DNA of 58,281 bases from Anaeramoeba ignava BMAN (taxonomy: Eukaryota > Protista > Anaeramoebae). The position numbers and the translations under genes are program-made. The notes below the pieces were generated by a model, which was given only the letters and a program-made list of their open reading frames with translations, ran no database searches and was not told the DNA's origin. This document shows, piece by piece, positions 24,064-36,193 of this stretch. Within the stretch, counting starts at the first letter, position 1; every line of letters starts with the position of its first letter. The stretch lies in assembly GCA_028826165.1 (NCBI GenBank), contig JAPDFW010000037.1:1-58281 (forward strand), given 5' to 3'.

Positions 24064-27000
24064 ATGTCAAATAATTCTCAATTAAATAAAAATAATAATA
24101 TTTTGAAAGAAATTCATTCTCCTATCCAACATTCTTCAATAAATCAAAACGAATTTTTTATAACAAGCTTAACGGATAATAATAAATTAATTTTTCAAAA
24201 AGAAAATTCTTTACATGAAAGACAAAAGCCAAGTCAAGAATTTAAGAACAATTTACAATTAAATTCAAATTATAATTCAAATACAAATCAATTTATAAAT
24301 AATCCAAGTCAAGAATTTAAAAATAATTTAAATCAATTTATAAATAAACCAAGTCAAGAATTTAAAAATAATTTAAACCAATTTATAAATAATCCAAGTC
24401 AAGAATTGAATAATAATTTACAATTAAATTCAAATTATAATTCAAATTCAAATCAATTTATAAATAATACAAGTCAAGAATTTAAGAATAATTTACAATT
24501 AAATTCAAATTATAATTCAAATTCAAATCAATTTATAAATAAACCAAGTCAAGAATTTAAAAATAATTTAAATCAATTTATAAATAAACCAAGTCAAGAA
24601 TCTAAGAATAATTTACAATTAAATTCAAATTATAATTCAAATACAAATCAATTTATAAATAATCCAAGTCAAGAATTTAAGAATAATTTAAATCAATTTA
24701 TAAATAATACAAGTCAAGAATTTAAGAACAATTTACAATTAAATTCAAATTATAATTCAAATACAAATCAATTTATAAATAATCCAAGTCAAGAATTTAA
24801 GAATAATTTAAACCAATTTATAAATAAACCAAGTCAAGAATTGAATAATAATTCAAATTCAAATCAATTTATAAATAATACAAATTATAATTCAAATACA
24901 AATCAATTTATAAATAATCCAAGTCAAGAATTTAAAAATAATTTAAATCAATTTATAAATAAACCAAGTCAAGAATTTAATGAACAATTTACAATTAAAT
25001 TCAAATTATAATTCAAATTCAAATCAATTTATAAATAATCCAAGTCAAGAATTTAAAAATAATTTAAACCAATTTATAAATAATACAAGTCAAGAATTTA
25101 AGAATAATTTACAATTAAATTCAAATTATAATTCAAATTATAATTATAATCCAAGTCAAGAATTTAAGAATAATTTAAATCAATTTATAAATAAACCAAG
25201 TCAAGAATTTAAGAATAATTTAAATCAATTTATAAATAATACAAGTCAAGAATTTAATAATAATTTACAATTAAATTCAAATTATAATTCAAATTCAAAT
25301 CAATTTATAAATAATACAAGTCAAGAATTTAAGAATAATTTACAATTAAATTCAAATTATAATTCAAATTATAATTATAATCCAAGTCAAGAATCTAAAA
25401 ATAATTTAAAATTAAATTCAAATTATAATTTAAATCAATTTATAAATAATCCAAGTCAAGAATTTAATAATAATTTACAATTAAATTCAATTTATAATTC
25501 AAAAGAATTTAAAAATAATTTGCAATTAAATCAAAATTATAATTCAAATTCAAGTCAATTTATAAATAATTTTAATCCAAAAGAATCCAAAAACAAAAAA
25601 ATTATGGTTACTTCTGATTTCTCACAAAAAAAACTTAACAATTTCCAAAAATCTCCACAAAAAAATTTACCAAATTTTAAACATTTCCAAAAAATTCCCA
25701 TTTTATCAAATATGAAAAAACAAGAAAATCATAACAAAATTCAAAACTCAAATGAACTTATTACAAATTCTCCAAAATTATCACCAAATTTCATCCCAAA
25801 AAATAATATCGAAAATAATGTAACATTTGTATCAAATTCACCTCAAAATTTAATGAAAAAATCATCTAATCAAAACTTAAATCTTTATCACAATTACCAG
25901 ATTCAAAATTCAAATATAACAAACGGAAATTTGGATTCTTTCAATGTTTCTGAAAATAAAATTCAAAATGATAATTTACAATTGCAAAAAGCTTCAAAAA
26001 TACCTCAATATAACAATTCCCAAAAATCAACATTTAAGCAGCACTCAATTAAAAGATTATTCCCTATCCCAAAATTTCAGCAATTTAATAAAAACTCGAT
26101 TGATACAATGAAAGGTTTAAACCATTTTGAATCCAAAATATCGGAAAATTCCGATCCAAATTTACTCAATCCATCTTTTCAAAATTATATAGAACAAAAA
26201 CTACAGAACACAAACAACTCTTCATTAATAACAAAAATAGACAGCCAATTACCATTTGAAAAAAAGCAAAATACGGATTCAATTCAAACAGAAATCCCAA
26301 ATCAACTCATAAATGTATCCATTTCTTTTGAAATGAAATCCAAAACCCATATGTTTTGCCGAAGAGCTTATCACATTGAAATTGAGAAAATATTTGAGGA
26401 AACTGAAACATGCTATTTTGATGAGGTTGAAACAAATTGGGTTTTTCATTTTTCAAAATATAATGAAATAATTCAAAAAATCGAAACTTTCCAAGAAGAA
26501 AACCTTCGCTTCAATATACAAATTGAAAGAATCCCTGACAAAATATATAAATACTTTGAAAAAATCAGAAACAGAAACCCTTTCCCACAATCTCAAACAC
26601 AAAATATCATCTCTAAAATCCCAAAACGTCTATACAAAACATTATTTGATTTCCAAAAAAATGCTATTCAATTTGGAATTGAACATGATGGAAGAATTTT
26701 AATTGCTGATGATATGGGATTAGGAAAATGTGTCCATAAAAATACACTTATTTATACGAATTCTGGTGTTTTTCCAATCCAAAAAATATTCAAGAGAATA
26801 TTTTCTCAAAACAAAAATGTTCATTTGCAAATGGATTTGGCTTTTGGAGAATGGATCAATATCCCGTCTTCAAAATCTTTTTCTGTATTAGGATTTTCTA
26901 ATTCAATTCTATCTTTCCAACCTGTAAAGGCGATTTATAGAGAAAAACAACCACTTATTCAAATTACCACACTCCAAAACGGATTTGAAATTAAATCTGG

Positions 27001-29911
27001 CTTGAATCATCGTTTCTTCACAAAAAATGGATGGATCAAAGCAGAAAATATTTCTGGAATTGATGAGGTTGCTTTTTGTTCTGGCTATTTCTTCAAATTT
27101 GGTTGTGGTTTCCAAAATCAAAATTTATTGCAAAATATCACAATTCACGAAATTTCTATTTTAGCAATTCACTTGTTTCTAGCTGAGGAAAATAATGAAA
27201 GAAATCAAGTTTTAATCACCATTATTTCTTCAAAATTCTCTCTTTTCCACAAAATTGAAAAGGAAATTTTACGATTTGCTTCTTTTTATCAAATTCTTCC
27301 AATCAAATCAAACAAAAAATACAATAATAGAAACACAAATAAAAAATTAATTTCCATTGAATCAAGAGAATATATCGAGAAAATCACAAATTTGAAGTAC
27401 AAGTATGGATTCAACCAAAAGAAAAAGGAAATACCATATTCTGTATTAAATTGGGAAAGAAAAAAAATAAGTCATTTTATTCAACTTACATTTTGTTTTT
27501 GTGGTTCAATTCATTTCCAAAAGCATATTCCTATTATTCAATTCCAATTCAATAACAAAAAAATTGCGAAAATGGTTTTTTTGATTTTAATTGGATTTGG
27601 AATTTACTCAGTAATTGAAAGTATTAACAACAAATTCTATATTCGAATCGAGAAGCTCGAAGAAATTAAGAAATATTTATTTTTGATTAAATTTCATAAA
27701 TGGAATGATTTAGAATATAAATCAACAATTCGAAAAATGGAAGAAATAGTTGGAAAAGAAAAAATTGATGATGAAATGAGAAAATGCCAAATAATATGGA
27801 TCAAGGTTTGCAAAAAAAGAAGGAAAATAAGCGAGCAAAATTATATATATGATCTATCAATAAGAGGAGATCCCAATTATTTTGTGGATAATATTTTAGG
27901 TCACAATACACTTCAAGCAATAGGATTAGCAAATGTATATAGAGAAGAGTGGCCATTGTTAGTTATTGCACCTCCAAGTGTTTGTTTTGCTTGGGCAGAA
28001 GCATTGGAAAAATGGAATTCACTTGAAATTTACATCAAAATTAATATCATTCAGAAGAAGAAGGCAATCCAAAACATTGATTTATCCAAGCCCGTAACAA
28101 TAACAACATATAATTTGGCAACAAGCGATACATACAATCCACTTTTTATGAGGCAAAAATTCAAGGTTGTTATTGCGGATGAAAGTCATTACTTAAAAAA
28201 TCACAAAACAAAAAGAGCCAGAATGATTTTCCCTTTACTTCGCAAGGCAAATCGGGTGATTCTACTTTCAGGGACACCTAGTTTGGCTCGACCAGAAGAG
28301 TTATTCACACAACTGAATGTTTTGCATCCTGAATTTTTCAGTAATTTCCAGGATTTCCGCGCAAGATATTGCAGACAAAATAAGCAAAAAAACACAAAAA
28401 ATATGGGGATGACAAATTTTGGGAATCGATTCAAAGGATACAGCCATATGAAGGAATTGCATGTTTTGATGAAGAATACATGCATGATTCGCAGAAGAAA
28501 AAACGATGTTCCCAATGATTTACCTCCAAAAAATAGATATCCAATTTTTTTTGATGTTGAAATTAATTCCAAAACTGAGATCATATACAAAAACATCACT
28601 GTTTATGATGCTTTTCTTAAAGAAAGAGAAAGCAAACGCAATCAAGAAATCTCCTATTTTGATATAAAGAATAAAAGAAAGCAAGAAGTTATGTCACTTT
28701 ATACAATAACAACAACTTTGAAAATCAAATTTGTTCAAGATTTTATTGATAAATTTTTGGATAAGCATCCCAAAGAAAAAGTGATAATATTTGCGCATCA
28801 TCGAATAATGATCAAATCAATATGTTCAGTATTACGCAAAAAGCATGTGCGTTTTATTCGCATTCAAGGAGGAACATCAATAGAAAAAAAAAAGCAATTA
28901 GTAGATATTTTCCAAAACAATGCACTTTATCAAATTGCTGTTCTTAGTATAACTGCAGCTGGTCAAGGAATTCATTTAATTGCTTCTCATATTGAAATAT
29001 TTACTGAGTTGTTTTGGTCTCCTGGTGTTGTTTTGCAAGCTGAGGATAGAGCACATCGGATTGGTCAAACTCATCCTGTTGATATTTATTATTTGATTGC
29101 TAGTAAAACTGCTGATGATTTTTTGTGGGAAATGTTACTTAGTAAATCAAGGAATTTATCCAAATTTCTTGATGGTAGAGAATCTGAGTCTTTTCCGACT
29201 TATGAAACTTTTGGACAAAATCAAAATAAATTAGAAAATCAAATAGAAAATAAATTAGAAAATCAATTAGAAAATAAATTAGAAAATAAATTAGAAAATA
29301 AATTAGAAAATCAAAATCAAAATCAAAATCAAAATAAATTAGGAAATAAATTAGAAAATCAATTAGAAAATCAATTAGAAAATAAATTAGAAAATAAATT
29401 AGAAAATAAATTAGAAAATAAATTAGAAAATCAATTAGAAAATCAAAATCAAAATCAAAATGAAAATGAATTAGAAAATAAATTAGAAAATGAATTAGAA
29501 AATAAATTAGAAAATCAAAATCAAAATAAATTAGAAAATAAATTAGAAAATCAATTAGAAAATCAATTAGAAAATCAAAATCAAAATCAAAATGAAAATC
29601 AATTAGAAAATAAATTAGAAAATCATTTAGAAAATAAATTAGAAAATCAAAATCAAAATCAAAATCAAAATCAAAATCAAAATCAAAATCAAAATCAAAA
29701 TCAAAATCAAAATAAATTAGAAAATAAATTAGAAAATAAATTAGGAAATGAATTAGAAAATAAATTAGAAAATAAATTAGGAAATCAATTAGAAAATGAA
29801 TTAGAAAATAAATTAGAAAATCAAAATCAAAATCAAAATCAAAATCAAAATCAAAATCAAAATCAAAATCAAAATCAAAATAAATTAGAAAATGAATTAG
29901 AAAAAAATTAA
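24064..29911 (+). CDS. SMARCAL1: SMARCAL1-like SNF2 annealing helicase (HARP-like domain + ATPase) interrupted by an intein; N-terminal SQE repeats; apparent 1-nt frameshift near 24980
   Basis: HARP-like AYHIEIEKIF...YFDEVETNWVFHFSKY; LFDFQKNAIQFG...GRILIADDMGLGK|TLQAI...EEWPLLVIAPPS; ADESHYLKN; LLSGTPSLARPEELFTQL; KVIIFAHH; LFWSPGVVLQAEDRAHRIGQ. Confidence 0.9.
24229..25560 (+). repeat. Coding minisatellite of 45-nt and 75-nt units (PSQEFKNNLNQFINK / PSQEFKNNLQLNSNYNSNTNQFINN)
   Basis: CAAGTCAAGAAT recurs at 45/75-nt spacing; about 21 SQE copies by hand count. Confidence 0.9.
26729..27907 (+). mobile_element. Intein (393 aa) with degenerate LAGLIDADG homing endonuclease domain, in Walker A of the SNF2 helicase
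   Basis: Block A CVHKNTLIYTNSG, block B EIKSGLNHRFFT..GWIKAENI, block F YIYDLSIRGDPNYFVDNIL, block G GHN, then +1 Thr. Excision restores DDMGLGKTLQA exactly. Confidence 0.95.
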
Positions 29912-30399
29912 AAAAAATTAGGAAATATAATTTAAAAAGGAAATTAGAAAATAAAAATCAATTAGAAAATGAATTAGAAATAAATTAGAAAATCAAAATC
30001 AAAATCAAAATCAAAATCAAAAAATCAAAATCAAAATCAAAATCAAAATCAAAATCAAACAAAAAATAAAAAAGAAAAATTGAAAATGAAAAAGAGGAAA
30101 TAAAAAAATCAATTTAGAAAATGAAAATCAAAAATCAAAAATCAAGAACTAAATACAAAAAATCAAATAATATTTCAATATACTTTACTGAAAATGCTAA
30201 AACGTTAAATTTTCATTTCAATATTTTCCAAAAAGAAAAAGCAAAAGAATTAAAAATTATTCTTGATCAAAAATCAAAAAGAAGAAATAACAAAAATTAC
30301 AAAAGAAAAATTTGAAAAGAAAAAGAAAAAAAGAAAGAAAAATTTGTAAAAATGTATTTATGAATAAAATAGAAAACAAAAGTTGAGAACAAATCAGAA

Positions 30400-30665
30400 T
30401 TTAAATTTTAAATTGGATTTTAAATTAGATTTTAATTTGGATTTTAAATTGGGTTTTAAATTGGATTTTAAATTAGATTTTAAATTAAATTTTAAATTGG
30501 ATTTTAAATTGGATTTTAAATTGGATTTTAAATTGGATTTTAAATTGGATTTTAAATTGGATTTTAATTTGGATTTTAAATTGGATTTTAAATTGGATTT
30601 TAAATTGGATTTTAATTTGAATTTTAAATTAGATTTTAAATTGAATTTTAAATTGAATTTTAAAT
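30400..30665. repeat. (TTTTAAATTGGA)n 12-mer tandem array between convergent genes
   Basis: Direct reading of the sequence. Confidence 0.9.
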
Positions 30666-30669
30666 CAAA

Positions 30670-31578
30670 TCACCAAGGTTCATCATCACTATTATCATCA
30701 TCACTATCATTTTCATTTTCATTATCACTAATATAGCTATTATCATTATCACTATCATTTTCATTTTCATTATCACTTTCATTATCATTTTCATTATCAC
30801 TTTCATTATCATTATCATTTTCATTATCAATATCATTTTCATTATCACTTTCAATATCATTATCACTTTCATTATCACTTTCATTATCACTTTCATTATC
30901 ATTATCACTTTCATTATCATTATCATTTTCATTATCATTATCATTATCACTTTCATTATCACTTTCATTATCAATATCATTTTCACTTTCATTATCACTT
31001 TCATTATCATTATCATTATCATTATCACTTTTTTCATCAAATTCAAAATCTTCATCAGCATAAGCATCTTCTTGTTCTTTAAGCCAATCATCAATAAAAT
31101 CCAAGTTATCATCAGAATGATCAAAAGACTCTGAAAATCTTTGAGATAAATTAATAGGATTGACATTATTTAAATTTCGAGAAAAATGATTGATTTGACT
31201 TCTTTCTTGTTGAATAGTTAAATTAGATTCATTATCTATTCTTTGTTCTTGTTCTTGTGCTTGCTCTTGTTGATCCGAATTACTTTCTGATTGTGGTTCT
31301 TGATTTCTATCTTCTTGATTTGTTTCTTCTTCTGATTTTATTTCTTCACTTTTTTCTTTTTCTGTTTCTTTTTCTTTTTTTCCTTTTATTAATCCAATTG
31401 GTATATTTTTTATATTTGTATTTTTAATTTCTTCTAAAATATTTTTCCATTCATTTTCTTGTTGTAATATTGATTTTTGTGGGAATTTTTTAAATGTTAA
31501 AAAATTTGAATTTTGTAAAATTGAATTTTGAATTTCAATTGATTGAGTTTGAAGATGAGGAAATAAAAAGAGATTCAT
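30670..31578 (-). CDS. Acidic protein, possible APC/C subunit APC15/Mnd2-like
   Basis: N-terminal LFPHL, then QQENEWKNILEEIK...IPIG, then a long D/E/N/S acidic tail ending in W. This recalls the APC15 layout (LFPSL...qqe.q.WL.si....vPIG + acidic tail). Confidence 0.45.
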   Translation of the reverse strand: MNLFLFPHLQTQSIEIQNSILQNSNFLTFKKFPQKSILQQENEWKNILEEIKNTNIKNIPIGLIKGKKEKETEKEKSEEIKSEEETNQEDRNQEPQSESNSDQQEQAQEQEQRIDNESNLTIQQERSQINHFSRNLNNVNPINLSQRFSESFDHSDDNLDFIDDWLKEQEDAYADEDFEFDEKSDNDNDNDNESDNESENDIDNESDNESDNDNDNENDNDNESDNDNESDNESDNESDNDIESDNENDIDNENDNDNESDNENDNESDNENENDSDNDNSYISDNENENDSDDDNSDDEPW

Positions 31579-31676
31579 TTATAAATTTTAAATTTTAAAA
31601 AATAAAAAAATGAAAAAATGAAAAAAAAATTTTTTAGTTTTTTATTTTTCATTTTTTTTTTAAAAAACAAAAATCA

Positions 31677-33270
31677 ATGGAAAAATATGGAAAATGGAGA
31701 GATAAACCAACAGGAATTCATCCATTTATTCCTTCTCAAAAAAAAAGAAATTACACATTTGAATTACAAAGCAATCCAACAGCAATAAAAAAAATAATGA
31801 ATATTTTAATGATCATTTTAAATATTTTAACTGGAATCATAAGAATATTTTTCATTTTAAATGTTTTAATTTGGTTGTTTATTATGAATCTTATAACAGA
31901 ATTACCATTATCAATTTTAGCCAAATTTTTCCCTTTAATCAAGCGAGGATTCAAAAGATATACTCAGTTTCTTGGATGTAGATTGTTGTTATTTTTTATG
32001 GGATTTTGGAATATTAAAGTTTTCAAAAAAAAAAATTCAAATCAAGAAAAATCATCAAAAATCAATCAAATTAATTCTGGTGATTTAATCATTGCAAATC
32101 ATTCTTCTTATATTGAATTGTTATATTTGGCTTTTAGATTTGCTCCTGTTTTTGTTTCTGTTCCAAATTATTGGTTGAATAAAAAGGATTGTTTATATAA
32201 TGATGGAAAAGTTGAGAAGAAAAATATTATTTCAATGTTGATTCATACAGTTTTTAATAAGATTTTAGTTTTCCCAGAAGAAAAATTAAATCAAAATCAA
32301 AATCAAAATCAAAATCAAAATCAAAATCAAAATGAAAATGAAAATAAAAATCAAAATAAAAATCAAAAATCAAAATCAAAATGAAAATGAAAATCAAAAT
32401 CAAAATGAAAATCAAAATGAAAATCAAAATCAAAATCAAAATCAAAATCAAAATCAAAATCAAAATTTACAAAGAAAAGCTACTAAAACAAAATCACAAC
32501 TTAGTTCTGAAATTGGAAGTGATTCTGAAATTGAAAGTGATTCTGAAATTGAAAGTGATTCTGAAATTGAAAGTGATTCTGATAGTGATGAACAAAATCT
32601 AAATGATTTCATTAATCCAAATTCAAATTCAAATTCTTCAAAAAATTTAAAATCATTAGTTGATATTTTAAAAGAAGCCAAAAAGAACAAAGAAGGTCCT
32701 GTTGTATTATTTCCAGAAGCAACAACAACAAATGGAGAAATTATGTTGAAATTTCTTCCAATTCTTGAAAATTCTCAAATTGAAAAACTTGAAAAATTGC
32801 AAATTCATTTAATAGGATTCAAGTAAAAAATCAAAATCAAAATCAAAATTAAAATTAATTAAATAATTAACAAATTATTATTATTTTTATTATTATTATT
32901 AATAATAGATATGATCACAACAAATCAAATCCTTCATTCTCTTTTGGGAATATCTTTTTTCATTTATTTAATTTATGCAAAGTTTTTGTGAATTATCTTC
33001 AAGTTTATTTTGTTGATGAAAATTTAATTCCACAATTAAAGAAAACAAATGAAAAAGAAAAAGAAAAAGAAAAAGAAAAAGAAAAAGAAGAAACAAAAGA
33101 AGAAAAGAAAAAGAAAAATGAAAAAGAAAAATGAAAAAGATGAATGGACAGAAAAAATCCAAAAAAATGTTGAAAAAGAAGATAAATAAATTTGGGAAAA
33201 AGAAAATGAACAAGAAAATTTAAAAAAATCAAAATAAATTTTGAATCAGAATATGAATGGACAGAAATCA
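31677..33270 (+). CDS. Lysophospholipid acyltransferase, Loa1/Vps66-like; NQ insert with apparent frameshift near 32370; intron about 32823-32909; 3' end uncertain
   Basis: MEKYGKWRDKPTGIHPF start typical of the Vps66/Loa1 family; motif I NHSSYIE; motif III VVLFPEATTTNG. Confidence 0.8.
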
Positions 33271-33299
33271 AATAAATCCAAAATATTAAATTTTTTCAA

Positions 33300-34560
33300 A
33301 AAGAAATTTAAAATTCAAATCAAAAGCAAATCAAATCAAATAAATTCAAATCAATAAATTTAAATTTTTCAAACAATATTTAAATCAATTTAAATCAAAT
33401 CAAATCAATTTAAATCAAATCAAATTTAAATCAAATTTAAATCAAATTCAAATAAATTTAAATCAAATCAATTCAAATCAAATAAATTCAAATTTAAATC
33501 AAATTCAAATCAAATAAATCCATTTAAATCAAATTCAAATCAAATCTAATAAATTTAAATCAAATCAAATCAAATCAAATCAAATCAATTTAAATCAAAT
33601 CAAATCAATTTAAATCAAATCAAATCTAATTTAAATCAATTCAAATCAATTTAAATCAATTCAAATCAAATAAATCAAATCAAATCAAATCAAATCAAAT
33701 CAAATCAAATCAAATCAAATCAAATCAAATCAAATCAAATCAAATCAATTCAAATCAAATCAAATCAATTCAAATCAAATTCAAATCAAATCAAATCAAA
33801 TCCATTTAAATAAAAATAAAAATCAAATCAAAAAATCAAATAATTTAAAATCAAATCAAATTTAAATTAAATCAAATCAAATTAATTTAAATTAAAAATA
33901 AATTTAAATTAAATTTCAAATCAAATCAAATCAAATTAAATCAAATCAAATCAAATCAAATCAAATCAAATCAAATCAAATCAAATCAAATAAAATCAAA
34001 TCTAATTTAAATTAAATCAAATTAAATCAAATCAAATCAAATCAAATAAATTTAAATCAAATCAAATCAATTTAAATTAAATCAAATCAATTCAAATCAA
34101 TTTAAATCAAATCAAATCAATTCAAATCAATTTAAATCAAATCAAATCAATTTAAATACAAATCAAATTTAAATCAAATCAAATTTAAATCAAATCAATT
34201 TAAATCAATTTAAATAAAATTAAATCAAATCTAATTTAAATCAATTCAAATCAATCTAATTTAAATCAATCTTAATTCAAATTAAATCAAATCAAATCAA
34301 AATCAAATCAAATTAAATTAAATTAAATAAATCAATTTAAATCAAATTAAATTAAAAATTAAATCAAATTAAAATCAAATCCAAATTTAAATCAATTTAA
34401 ATCAAATTTAAATCAAATCATTTAAATCAAATTTAAATCAAATCAAATCAATTTAAATCAATTCAAATCAAATCAATTCAAATCAAATTCAAATCAAATT
34501 CAAATAAATTTAAAAATTTAAATCCATTTAAATCAAATCAAATCAAATCAAATCATTATT
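33300..34560. repeat. (AAATC)n / (AAATCAATTT)n degenerate pentamer satellite between convergent genes
   Basis: Direct reading; essentially G-free on the + strand. Confidence 0.9.
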
Positions 34561-34715
34561 CAAATTTTAAATAAATTTTTTAAAAACAAAAAGAAAACTG
34601 TTTTTTTATTTTGGTTATTTTGATTATTTTTATTAAATTTTTTTTAAAAAGAAAAGTGGAATTAAAATAATTGAATTACAAAAAAAAAAAGTGGAATAAA
34701 AATTGAAAAAAAAAA

Positions 34716-36050
34716 TTAATCATCCATTTCTGAATCATCTGAATCATTAATTTGTTCATAATTTTCTAAAGCAGAGATAGTCCATAAAGAACCACCAACT
34801 TCAGATTGATCTCTTTCAGTTGAGATATTAATATGAAAAGCAATAACAAGAACCAAATTTGGAATAATTTCAAATAATAACATCCAAAAGAAATAAAAGG
34901 TATAAAAATTTGTATCATTTTTCATAGTCCAATCAATAATTTTATGAGTTGCCAAATTAGTAAAATCATAAATAGCACGAATTACAAAAAGAACAGAATT
35001 AAAAATTATCAAATACATAAAAGTTCGAATTTTGTTTTGATTTTTGTGAGTAAGTGAAAGTCTTCGAAGAACACGATAAAAAAAGAAACTTGATGTTCCA
35101 AGAAAAACTACAATCACTGAATAAATGCATGCACTCAAAACAAATTGTACACTTTCTGCTGATGCAAATAAACTTGCGATTGAAACAAGAATAAATGATG
35201 ATACTATTAATATTATAAATGTTGGGTTGACACACCATCTCAATGTTTTTTGATTTAAAAGTGTACTAAATCTAATGATTCCAAGCAACCATGTTAATAA
35301 AATGTAACTTAATTTATATTTTAATTTTATAAATGAATTTTATTTTAATTTTAATTTTATAAATGAATTTTATTTTAATTTTAATTTTAATTTTAATTTT
35401 AATTTTAATTTTAATTTTAATTTATATTTTATTTTTAATTTATATTTTAATTTTAATTTTAATTTTATAAATGAATTTTATTTTGTTTTATATTTTAATT
35501 TTGATTTTAATTTTAATTTTAATTTTAATTTATATTTTAATTTTAATTTTATTTTGATTTTAATTTTATAAATGAATTTTATTTTAATTTTATAAATGAA
35601 TTTTATTTTGATTTTGTTTTATAAATGGATAAAATCAACTAACCAACAAAATTGAAGAAAAAAAGGAATAGAATAATTAATAAAAAATTGTAAAAAAGTA
35701 TCAGAAGTAGAAACACCAAACAAAGTAATCAAACCTCTTTGGAACATTATCCAAGAACTCATAAATAAAATAGCAACTCTAAAACCTCTAATTATTCTTG
35801 TTGTTTGTGTAAAACTTTCAATATTTCTTTCAATAATATTTATATTTTGATTCGTTAAGCCTTTTTTCATACTTTGATTTACGTTTTTGTTTTATATTGT
35901 TTTTTACCTGAAAAATAAATAGTGATGATAAGTTTCAATTATTGTTATAAATCCAGAAATTAAATATAATATTGAGAGTATTAGAAGCCAAGCAAGTGCA
36001 ATTCCAGTTGAATGAATCACACAAAATGAATTGTCGACTTTATTCGACAT
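34716..36050 (-). CDS. Multi-pass membrane protein, GPR137/TOM1(THH1)-like, about 3 exons
   Basis: Three consecutive hydrophobic ORF pieces separated by GT-AG AT-rich introns: IPFFLQF, FVIRAIYD and terminal FFWMLLFEIIP motifs. ATG at 36050 (MSNKVDNSFC). Confidence 0.55.
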
Positions 36051-36193
36051 AAAGAAATGAAGTAGAATTGAAAAATAAGAATAAAAAAGAAGAAGAAAAA
36101 TGAAAAAAAAAATAATGAAAAAAAAAATAATTTTTTGCTTTTTATTTTTATCCAAAAAAAACAAAATTATTCATTTTTAAAAATGAGCATAAT

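Noticed and set aside
24970-25011. Programmed frameshift or pseudogenisation at ORF breaks (also about 18250/18570, 32370, 46200, 52790-54350)
   Set aside because: All breaks fall in homopolymer or tandem-repeat tracts of otherwise intact conserved genes; consensus sequencing error is the simplest explanation until reads are checked.
30383-30736. LDFK-repeat ORF
   Set aside because: Translation of an intergenic 12-mer satellite overlapping the antisense end of a real gene.
33300-34560. Telomeric or interstitial telomere repeat
   Set aside because: A degenerate AAATC pentamer without G-runs, located internally between genes.
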